Below, in pieces: positions 42,801-55,300 of a stretch of DNA of 64,000 nt. The DNA lies in NCBI GenBank assembly GCA_964016885.1, contig OZ024760.1, positions 8,308,001 through 8,372,000 on the forward strand. The letters are read 5' to 3'. The stretch comes from Eledone cirrhosa (Eukaryota). Numbering within the stretch: the stretch's first letter is position 1; every line of letters begins with the position of its first letter. The notes beneath the pieces are model-generated. The model had not been told where the DNA came from. It was given only the letters and a program-made list of their open reading frames with translations, and did not search any database. The translations under genes and the position numbers were made by a program.

Positions 42801-45800
42801 ATTGATTAAATGTAATAGAGTTGGTGGCAAATGAAATAAACAAATAAAAAAGAAACATACCAATTAACCTGACTAATCAATAAAGGTAAAAGAGATATAG
42901 ATAAGAAAGAGTTTGCATGACTGGTCCCCTTATTAACCCATTTCAATTATATTTCAATGAAATTTCAATTAATTAATGAAGAGAGACTTACTATAATTAT
43001 TTCATCACTAAAATATTATTTAAACAAATGGTTCATATATAAAATTATGTTGAAAGATTTTAATTTAAATAGGAACCTTTTAAAATACGTGGTTTTGTCC
43101 CATAGGACCAGAGCTAGTTTAAACCAAGCTGGTAATGAGTGAGTTAATCAACAGATTTACAATAATTAATTTTTAGATTTTATTTTTTTACCTGGTCTTT
43201 TCAAGTTGAGGGTCCTGGTAGTAACCCATGGCCAATCAGAGTCATAAAAAGTTGGGAATCCTGCATTGGTTCCAGCCAATAATCGGATATAATAGACGGT
43301 ATCAGGCATAAGATCTGCAAAGAAGTAAAGGTCATATAATAAAACATTTACATTACTTTATATAGTTACCATTATATTTTCACAGTAAACAAGTTTATCT
43401 CACCTAATATCGAATCTATGAGATTTTGATATTGTTTATTTTGAGAACAATACTGTAACATCAGTATGGGCAGTTGGTTATTGCAGGGTTTGAACAGAAA
43501 GAGGTGAGAGAATTCTGGTCAAATATGGTTGGTTTAAATGCTAAAGGGTTAAGGCATTTTAACCCCCAAAACCATGGATTAGTTCATGCTTAAATATCAA
43601 GCAATGGCTTTACTCAAAACTGAGTTGCAGTCATCATACATGCATATACATGTATACATATGTGTATATATGTGCGGGGACATAGAAATAATCAGGATGG
43701 ATACCCGATCGCACGGTTAAACCACCGGGTGTGAAGGACCCCTAGCCTTTGTCAGGGGATTCTTCTAGAAAGCAACACAGGAAACTGGGATAATTCCAAC
43801 ATAAAACCTGCAGCTCAGTAGTTACCGATGATGTTGATCTTTTCTTCTTTTCGGGTTATAGCTACTGTCGCTCAGGGAGTGGGATTGGCTCAGTGCACAG
43901 TCTTTCCTCACTTTAAAAAAAAATCTTCACGCACAGGCATTGCACAATATCATTAATTGATAATTATTAATAATGTTATATCGTGCAATGGCCATACTCG
44001 ATAACGAGGGGGCAGCCATTATATATGAATGGGTGTATGTATGTAAGTACGTATGTAGGTAAGTATGTAAGTACGTATGGTACATACGTATGTATGTGTG
44101 TGAGACTGAGAGTAAGTATCAGTACATACCGGTAATCAAATATTCTCTCATCGCTGGTTTCTTGAACTTTTCCATGTTGGTTCTGTTATGTGCCTGGTAG
44201 TAGACCCGATACTGCGTTATCACACCTCGGCGATATTCCTTCAAGATTTCATCCCAGACAATCTTAATGCTGGTTGGTGTTTTACTCACAATCGTCACAT
44301 GAGGAGCAACTAACGGAGCTGAACAGAGAGATACAGAGTAATAAAGTTTACAAATTACATATACACATGGAGGCACATGGCTTAGGGGTTAGAGCATTGG
44401 CCTTGCAATCGAAAGGTTGTGAGTTCAATTCTCAGACCGGGTGATGTGTTGTTTCCTTGAGCAAGACACTTTATTTCACATTGCTCCAGTTTACTCAGCT
44501 GTAGAAATGAGATGATAGGGACTGGGGGTCCCTATCATTCCACTGCAAAGTGGTCGTGGAGGTGCCACGGCAAAAAAGGCACCCAGCACTCACTGTAAAT
44601 GAGGTTGGTGTTCGGAAGGGCATCCAGCTGTAGAAGTCAAGCCAGAATCAGTTCCCGTCCCACCCTTGCAAGCAGGGAAAAAGCGTACGTAAAATGAAAT
44701 GAAATGATGATGATGACATCATCGTCATCATTTAACATCATCTTTTACGGGGATTTTCCTTTTGTAGTAACCCCCCAAAAATCTGCCAGTGTCTTCACAC
44801 AGAAGGTATGAATATAATACAGGTACTCCTTGGGCTTACAATCGTGAGGTTGTGAGTTCGATTTTCAGACCAGGTTTTGCATTGTGTTCTTGAGCAAGAC
44901 ACTTTATTTCACGTTGCTCCAGTTCACTCAGTTGTAGAAATGAGTTGCGACATCACTGGTGCCAAGCTGTATCGGCCATTGCCTTTCCCTTGGACAACAT
45001 CAGTGGCATGGAAAGGGGAGACTGGTATGCATGGGCACCTACTGGTCTTCCCCAAAACAACATTGCCCGGGCATTACCACAGAGAAACTTTCAAGGTGCA
45101 AATCTCATGGTCATTTGTGACCAAACAAGGTCTTTACCCTTTAAACTCCTCACATAATACCCATATTCCATTCCACCAATCTGCTTAAAAAGCAAATTGT
45201 TTGCAAAAACCTTGAAAAGGATCATGGGAATAGACAAAAAAAAAAACTAACAAAAGTTTACATAGACTGACCAACTTATATGACTGAATTGTTGACTGGT
45301 TAGAAAATGTTATACTTACTAGCATCAGGGGTGAACTGAGAGACAATGTTGGAATGGCCACTGGCCCCAAAATCGCTGTATGCAGTGACATAACAGGTGT
45401 AGTTGGTAAACGGTTCAAGATTCCGCAATATTAGGTAAGTTTTCTTGTTGACAAGGTGGTCTACTCCAGGTTCTGTATAAAGAAATAATTGTGGTGAATT
45501 TCTAGGTAGTATATATACACACACACACGATGATGATGATGATGATGATAGAGAGAGAGAGAGCGAGAAAGAGAGACACACACAGACTATATGTATGACT
45601 CCTGTGTGTGAAGTGTAATGCTACATGGTAGTAAAACATGGGCAGTGACTGCAGAGGACATGTGTAGGCTGGAGAGAAATGAAGCAGACTTCAGATAGTT
45701 GACAATGATTCTCTGATGTGTTTCACAGACCATCAGACAGTTGACAATGACCCTCTGATGTGTTTCACAGACCATCAGACAGTTGACAATGACCCTCTGA

Positions 45801-47807
45801 TGTGTTTCACAGACCATCAGACAGTTGACAATGACCCTCTGATGTGTTTCACAGACCATCAGACAGTTGACAATGACCCTCTGATGTGTTTCACAGACCA
45901 TCAGACAGTTGACAACCACCCACTGATGTGTTTCACAGACCATCAGACAGTTGACAATGACCCTCTGATGTGTTTCACAGGCCATCAGACAGTTGACAAT
46001 GACCCTCTGATGTGTTTCACAGACCTTCAGACAGTTGACAATGACCCTCTGATGTGTTTCACAGACCATCAGACAGTTGACAATGACCCTCTGATGTGTT
46101 TCACAGACCATCAGACAGTTGACAATGACCCTCTGATGTGTTTCACAGACCATCAGACAGTTGACAATGACTCTCTGATGTGTTTCACAGACCATCAGAC
46201 AGTTGACAATGACCCTCTGATGTGTTTCACAGACCATCAGACAGTTGACAATGACCCTCTGATGTGTTTCACAGACCATCAGACAGTTGATAATGACTCT
46301 CTGATGTGTTTCATAGACCATCAGACAGTTGACAACCACCCACTGATGTGTTTCACAGACCATCAGACAGTTGACAATGACCCTCTGATGTGTTTCACAG
46401 ACCATCAGACAGTTGACAATGACTCTCTGATGTGTTTCATAGACCATCAGACAGTTGACAACCACCCACTGATGTGTTTCACAGACCATCAGACAGTTGA
46501 CAACCACCCACTGATGTGTTTCACAGACCATCAGACAGTTGACAATGACCCTCTGATGTGTTTCACAGACCATCAGACAGTTGACAATGACTCTCTGATG
46601 TGTTTCACAGACCATCAGACAGTTGACAATGACCCTCTGATGTGTTTCACAGGCCATCAGACAGTTGACAATGACCCTCTGATGTGTTTCACAGACAATC
46701 AGACAGTTGACAATAACTCTCTGGTGTGTTTCACAGACCATCAGACAGTTGACAATGACCCTCTGATGTGTTTCACAGGCCATCAGACAGTGGACAATGA
46801 CCCTCTGATGTGTTTCACAGACCATCAGACAGTTGACAATGACCCTCTGATGTGTTTCACAGACCATCAGACAGTTGACAATGACCCTCTGATGTGTTTC
46901 ACAGACCATCAGACAGTTGACAATGACTCTCTGATGTGTTTCACAGACCATCAGACAGTTGACAATGACCCTCTGATGTGTTTCACAGACCATCAGACAG
47001 TTGACAATGACCCTCTGATGTGTTTCACAGACCATCAGACAGTTGACAATGACTCTCTGATGTGTTTCACAGACCATCAGACAGTTGACAATGACCCTCT
47101 GATGTGTTTCACAGACCATCAGACAGTTGACAACCACCCACTGATGTGTTTCACAGACCATCAGACAGTTGACTACGACCTTCTGATGTGTTTCCATAGC
47201 ATCAGATAGTTGACAGTTGACAACGACTCACCAATGTGTATATAATGAGGTTGTAGTGTCTTCTTTCTTGATTTGTGTCATACAGATTTATATCTCGGCT
47301 CCATCAATAAACTCCACATCCTTGCAGCCTCTTCATTTCTCACACCATAGCCATAAACACAATTGATCCCCTCAAAACTGCCATTCTGCTGAGGCTATCT
47401 ACTGGTCACAACTCTGGCCAGAAGTAGCCGTGTAAATGAAGTATTTTACTCAAGAACACGACACACTACTCAATCAGGGGATTGAACCAACGACTTTATG
47501 ATGAAGAGTGCTACACCTATAACAACTAGGATACAAAAATCAACAAAACAACAAACAAACAAACAAACAGAAGAAGAAAAAGCAAAATGAAATAAAAATG
47601 AATACAAACTTGATTTTCTTGAACAATGGACAGAATAAGTCTGGATCGGACAGCATGGTTTAAATATGGGTGGCTGCCAGCTTATGTTTAAGGCATTCAT
47701 TGTGACTGTATGGAGGGTTACGTTACGCGGAGGATTTGGTGCTTTCACTGATTCCATGAGGATGATAAAGTAGTGGTGCGAGAAAAGAGAGAGAGAAATA
47801 GAGGTTT

Positions 47808-47842
<35 letters not shown>

Positions 47843-48357
47843 AGGCGTGTGGCTGAGTGGTTAGAGAATTGGATTCGTAATCGTAAGGTTGTGAGTTCGA
47901 TTCCTGGACCAGGCGATGCGTTATGTCCTTGAGCAAGACACTTTATTTCACGTTGTTCCTTCTACCTGGAGTTGCGACCGATAGATAGTATTAGCAATTG
48001 GAAAGACCAACGGAAACATTGTTCCCTCGGTCCGATTTGACGAAAGTCGATCGTCTCCTCATATATATATATGTGTGTGTGTATGTATGGTCCCGTAACT
48101 CTTGATAGAGTCATAGGCGTGTCGTATTGACATACAGCATTTCTTGGGCATTTTAAACCTGGTGGAACCCACCCCTCTCCAGGCCTGAGTACAGCAAATT
48201 TCTTCCTGAGAGAGTAAGAATCGACCCCAGTACTGGACTGGTACTTTTTTTTTTATCGACCTTGAAAAGATAAAAGGCAAAGTTGACCTCGGCGGGATTT
48301 GAACTCAGAGAGCCGGAATGAACACCATAAAGTATTCTATCTGACGTTCCAATTCGC

Positions 48358-48407
<50 letters not shown>

Positions 48408-51389
48408 GTGAACGTTGACAATGCCACATTATCTTGTGAAAGTTAAAGGGAGTTAATCTATTATAAATATTCATACAGAGTTGGAAGGGAGATAACCTAT
48501 AAAATAACCTCAGAATTCATCAATTTAACCTAAATCAAATCTATGTGATTGATCATTCGGAACTGGTTTCAACTGTTCAATAAAATTATTTTCTTTGACT
48601 CCACTTAAATCATAAAGTTTATATAATAAGAATATCAAATTTTTTTATTGTAACGTGTGTTAAAATTATCCCTTATCTGATATTAGAATCCCTAATCTAA
48701 TAGTGTACTCACATATTTTGATATTAGGGTCTCTAATCTGTTGGTGTACTCACATCTTTTCTGATAATGAGTTTCCTACCTGACTAATGTATATTTATTC
48801 ACAGTTCAGGTATTTGACACAGTAAATCAGATTTCTGCTTTTACAGTTCATATTTGCATTTGTAAATATTTTTCTTCTGGGATTTGTGTAGATATAATGA
48901 CGAGTATATATTGACAGCAACTGTCGTTACACTTAGATACTATGAAGTTTTTATTGTTTTGATCAAGCTTTTCTCTTGTCAACAATTGTCTAAAGTTCTT
49001 TGGTTTTCGTGATTTGATTAAATCTTCAGTTTTCCAACAAAGCTCAAACTGTACAAATCCTTGGAGACTTTGATCCTTTTGTATGACAGTGAGAGTTGGA
49101 CTCTCACAGCTGACATAGAAAGAAGAATCCAGTTTTTGGGGCACAGAAGGTTGCTACACATCCCATACACGGAGCACAGAACAAACAGCTTTGCTAAGCA
49201 GCAAATTAACAAATATGCTGGCAGACAGGAACTACTCCTTGTTATGGTGAAAAGACAGAAGCTTGCCTGGTATGGTCATATATCCCGCCACTACTCCTTG
49301 TCTAAAAGTATCCTTCAGGGAACAGTTAAGGGAGAGTAAAGAAGCGGCAAAGAACTGTGTCACTACACAAGTCATTAGATCTGTTCCTTTGTCTTCTTTA
49401 ACCAATATATATGAACATTATGGAAATCCAAAATGCAGAAAATAACTAACAGTAGATCACTGTAAATAATAGCTTATAAAATCAAGTAAAATATCCACTA
49501 GAGACAAGAAAAAGGTGACCAGAAGCTACTACTGAGAATCAAACTTAGTACAGTGTGAATGTGTTTCCTTATTTGCATTTTTCAAATAATCCAGCGCTTG
49601 GATAATTCATAAAATTTTACTTCCAGCTCTAGCTGCAAGTTGTTTAGTATAGTACCCTAATTTAAATGGAAAGGCTGTTTAGTTGCCCCTTAACATGCTT
49701 ACCAATTCTAAAGCAGATACATACAGTTATGTATTTTGAAATGAACCATTTTGTATCGTAAAGCAAGGAGTTTCAAGTAGGTTGGTATCAAAAGCATTAA
49801 GCATGGCAGTTTGCTCATTTCTTCATCGTGACAGCACTGCAGTGGGAAAGTAGTTCTTCTATGAGAACTACTGCTATAAAGCGCACAACTAGTAGATAAA
49901 AAGGAGGCAAGAACAGCAAATATTTACCACTGACTTCAATCTTTAGTCTGGCTAATGTTGTAGCATAACCAACGTCATTCTCAGCAAAACATTGGTAATA
50001 ACCGGAATCAGTTTCTTGACTTTGAACAATTCGTAGCAGAGAGACTCCATCTTTCTTCAGCTGCTCATGGACAAGAAAAAAATTACACAATCACATTATT
50101 ACAGACAGATACACACACCAAGCAACATACAAACACAATGGTCCCACTGTTTGATGGTTTGAGCTACAAAAATATGGTTCCGTTGTGAGATGAGTTCAGG
50201 GCACCCAACTGCCAAACTGAAGGGGGGGGGGGGGGTCCCATTAAATCACTCCCAGTGTGGTACTAGCACTTTATTTTACCAACACATTGGGATGAAAGGC
50301 AAAGTTAACTTTGGCAATATTTGAACTCAGGGCGTAAAGGGCCATAACTAAATGCCATAAAGCCTTTGTTGAACACTCTAGCAATACTGCTAAGACACCA
50401 TCCTGATGATGGGGATGATAATAATGATAACAATTATAATAATTTGTTCTACTTTAGGCACAAGGACAGCAATTTTGGGGGAGAGGAAAGTCGATTAAAT
50501 CGACCCCAGTGTGTTACTGGTACTTTATTTTATCGACCCCGTAAGGATGAAAGGCAAAGCTAACCTCGGCGGGATTTGAACTCAGAATGTAACTCTATGC
50601 CATGAAGCAGCGTGCCCCCCACTCTACCAATACTGCCAAGCCACCACCCTAATAATAATAAAAACAATAATAATTTACATGTATACTTTATCAACACGTA
50701 CGGATGAAAAGCAAAGCTAACCTTGGCAATATTTGAACACAGAACGTAAGGGGACATGACTATATGATGCAAAGTAAGGAATCAAACATGACCTTATGCT
50801 TGTGAGTTCAACACCATTACCACGAGACCACACACCTTCATAATGAGAAGCTAAAATGAAATTAATCAAATTAGAGATACTTACTGTAACTGAGATTCTA
50901 CCTTCCGCCTTGATTTTGTTTCCATTGAAGAGCCAGGTGACTGTTGGAAATGGTACAGCATCATATTTACAGATAAAGTCAACAACGTGAGCTTGGGGGT
51001 AAGCTCTGTGGGACAGTTGCTCGCGAATCTTAGGGGCAGCTAGATAAAGAGACAACTCAGCCAGTTTAGAAACCACATAATGCAAGTTGTAGTATACATA
51101 GACACTAATTTAGTTCACTATCATAGACAGCTAACACAGACAGCTAACAGAGACAGCTAACACAGACAGCTAACAGAGACAGTTAACACAGACAACTAAC
51201 AGAGACAACTAACAGAGACAGCTAACACAGACAGCTAACAGAGACAGCTAACAGAGACAGCTAACACAGACAGCTAACACAGACAGCTAACAGAGACGGC
51301 TAACAGCTTGGAAAAACAATAGCCAAGATGGTAGATGAAAACAATGAGATACAGATGTAAAGACCACAAACACGCACATAAACACAGAA

Positions 51390-51426
<37 letters not shown>

Positions 51427-51769
51427 TTCACACTCACGCAGTCACAAATACAGAAAGATCCACACACACTACAAACAACTACACACAGCTGCACATATAC
51501 AGATAGTTTCACAGACAGATATATACAACTACTTACAGACACACACACATATAACCGACAGTTACACAATCCTGATGAGTGACACTTACTTTGTACAAGC
51601 AATGAGATGACAGCAGAGATAGTAGAGTGAGAAGATGCTGTACAGATATAGTTGCCACTATCTTTCTTTGTCAGATCATTTAACTGGAGGCTCCCACCGG
51701 TGAGATTTTTCATGTTTTTTTCTTGAATTGGCTTTCCATCTACAAAAAAGGAAACAGAGAGTAATATGT

Positions 51770-51809
<40 letters not shown>

Positions 51810-52237
51810 AAAGTTTTATTTAAGATTGTTGGGTTACAACGAGTAAATATTTTATAACTGATATAAAAGCACTCAATAGTTTCTGGAGTAGGTTTACGAT
51901 ATTAAACAAATGGAAACTATATTTATAGAACCATATTTATTTCGTTATATATATTTCTGGGATATCATATTAAAAATATGGTATGCCTTCCTCAGACAAA
52001 ATACAATACATAAGCTGTTTTATAAATAATTTTTGACATACCTTATAATAATGCAACTTCCATTTAAAAAGTTAAATGAAGTTGCATTATTATAAGGTAT
52101 GTCAAAAATTATTTATAAAACAGCTTATGTATTGTATTTTGTCTGAGGAAGGCATACCATATTTTTAATATGATATCCCAGAAATATATATAACAAAATA
52201 AATATGGTTTTATAAATATAGTTTCCATTTGTTTAAT

Positions 52238-52296
<59 letters not shown>

Positions 52297-52328
52297 ATAC
52301 ATATATATATATATGTGCGTGTGTTATG

Positions 52329-52398
<70 letters not shown>

Positions 52399-55300
52399 GG
52401 TAAAAGCCAGGAGGTTATATGTTTATATTCGTAGTTATAGCACACGGTCCACAGGGTGAGTCCAGTATAGAGTTAGTTCGATAACAAATTAGCAAACCAT
52501 AATTAAGGACGCGTGTTTCACTGAATGGATTTTCAACCAATGTATGGCTGCAGTAAGAACGGAAGTGTATACGAGCTGAGTGGATTCTGCGATATTTTGG
52601 TGACAAGGGGGACAACTCAAATTAGTCTGATACTGAGGAGACAATTTTCGTTTGAGTTAGTTCATTCTGGATAAGATTTATGGTTATCTCAGGTTTTTCC
52701 AGTTATGTACCATACTTCATAATGTGGGGGCAGCGATTAAAAAAATTGGCTTGTGTGTTAAGGAAAGTACTATTAAGTAGCCTCTGCAAGATATTCATTC
52801 TTTCATCAATACACAACTTACAGGACATTTCGCCTTTCCATATGGCCTGGATTTTAACCAGAACTTACCATTGAATGGAGAAATTCACATCTGATTCTTT
52901 GAGTGACCATATATGGCTTGCCAAAGTCAGAGTGTCTAAAGGTCATCTGATGGTTAAGGAAGCATTCTTTAAACCAGCCCTCCAACATGCCTACATATGT
53001 TTTGACCTCCTGTTGTAGATTTGGTCGAGTAGATATAACTTCAGCCTCATAGACAACTGCAGGTATGTTATGCTGTTGTTGAAGAGGGCATGCTTCTAGT
53101 ATTCTGCACAAGCATCCAGGTGGGGGAGAGCTCTTGGGATTGGAGGTGATGTGGGCTTTCATATTTTTACTGTGGGTTCTAGTAAGATAAGGACTCCAGT
53201 AGAAAGACAAAGCTACAGCTCTTACTCACTTAGTCAACAAAAACAAAGAAATAGCAATGAAATGGCAGGGTCATTAGAACACTGAATAAAATGCTTTGTG
53301 GTATTTGTTACAGACCTCTGTGACCTAAGCTCAATTCTCTGTGAAGTCAACTTAGTGCCTTATCATTTTGAGGTTGAAAAATAAGTATTAGTCAAGAACC
53401 AAGACTGATCCTTCCTTTTTTTTACTTTCCTTCTACTTCACTTTCACTGGAAGAAATTGGCTATATCCAGACATGAGTGACAGAAAACAGCAGGATTAAA
53501 TGCTTAAAGCTGCCATCAAGAGTTTAGGGCCTAATATTAAAACTTGTAGTGAATGGTTCAAATGTGCTTACCTTCCCTGGTCCATGTGATCTTAGGAAGA
53601 GGATCTCCATCAGCAATACACACCAAAACTGTAGTACTTCCTGCCATAGCTTTTATTCCAGACGACTGACTCAGGAACTTTGGTGCTCGTCGACCAGAAC
53701 CTAGCAACATTCAAACATTACACTATCATTTTTTCACCATATTTCTAATGAAATACACTCTATTTCAATTAATTAATGAAGAATTTTGAGAAATTTACTA
53801 AAATTATTAATCAGCTCATAATTAACCCTTCAGCATTTACATTACTCTATTTTTACTATTGTATATTCATGCTAAAGGCTTTATCTCACATAATCTCGAG
53901 TCTATGAGATTTTGATGATGTTATTGTTTATTTTAAGAACAATATCTTAACATCGGCATGAGCTGCTGGTTATGGCCGGTTTCAAAAAGGGGAAAGAAAT
54001 TTTGCCAGATACAGCTAGTTTAAATGCTGAAGGGTTAAGATAGTAATGTGTTTGTGAATGTAGTTGTTCCATCATGGTTTGTTTTTCAGGTGTTAATTTG
54101 AACAGGGGGTGCAACTCCTGTAAATCTGTAGTTCTCTGCTAAACTTTTGTTAGATGATCATCTGCACAACCACAATTTCCCTCAAGCCAATACAACAGTC
54201 TGTTGTTGTTTACCTGTTTGAACTACTATATACCCACAGGAAATATGTAGGTTTAGGAAGGTTGACCTGTTTTCGTCGCACCCCTGACTAGGGTCGCCAA
54301 AGGGCAATCTGTATCTATGTAAAACAATAGGGAGACACTGCTCATACTGTTTCATAGAACAGACTCTTGAGAGCCGTTCCAAAGTTTATCTGAAGTCTTG
54401 AGAATTTGAATGGCAGCTCAGTAGAGGAAGGGATTAGAGGAATCTTGGGAATAAATGCATTTTCTCTTTGACCGTTGCCTCCAAGAATAGTAACTCATCA
54501 TCCTCCTGGCGGTAAAGTATGTGCCATTTCATAGAAGTAGCAGGTCCAGGTTACTTAAAAGGATGATGGGAATTCCAATCTTCTATATCATATATAGATA
54601 TAATTATATATAAATGTGTGTATGTGCATATATAAACCAGCGTTTGATTCGAAGACGTTGGCGGCAAAATATGATCATCAATCAGGATAAACACTCAGAG
54701 AGAATCCCATATGGTTGATTCCCAACCTGCTAGAAATAGTAGTCAAGCTGGTTAGAATACCCAGGATGTTTTTCTTCTTCTTTGATGTTATAAAATTAGT
54801 ATCAATAAACCATCCTGGATATACCCACTGATGTACTTACTTTTCGATTGTTGGTTTTTGTTTTTGTAAAGTGGTCGTGTAGGAGTCGTGGCTAAAAGCA
54901 TCCAGCACACACTGTAAATGTGGTTGGCGTTAGGAAAGGCATCTAGCCGTAGAAACCGAGCCAGAGAAAGTCCTATATGAGTAAGACATGGGCATCTGAC
55001 CCAACTTACCTCAAATGGGACGACCCATCTAACCCATGCTAACATGGAAAATCGACGTTAAACGATGATGATGATGATGATGTGGTCCATGAAGTAACCA
55101 ACCAACCAACAAACATCTCTCCTTTATATTATGTATAGATTATATTACTAATACGTTTTTATGCATAGTTATAGGTATTTAGGTATTTATGTCGGTTTCA
55201 GGAGATCTGTTTTGATGTAGCAACATTTGTATTTTACAGCTGAAGCATAATGAATACCAAGAGAAAATGTTTGTATCTACACACACCAACACACACAACT

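Noticed and set aside
45587-47209. ~500-aa ORFs on both strands
   Set aside because: 42-bp satellite inside an intron
47839-47912. tRNA-like sequence
   Set aside because: SINE head that continues into a CORE-like body; dispersed diverged copies
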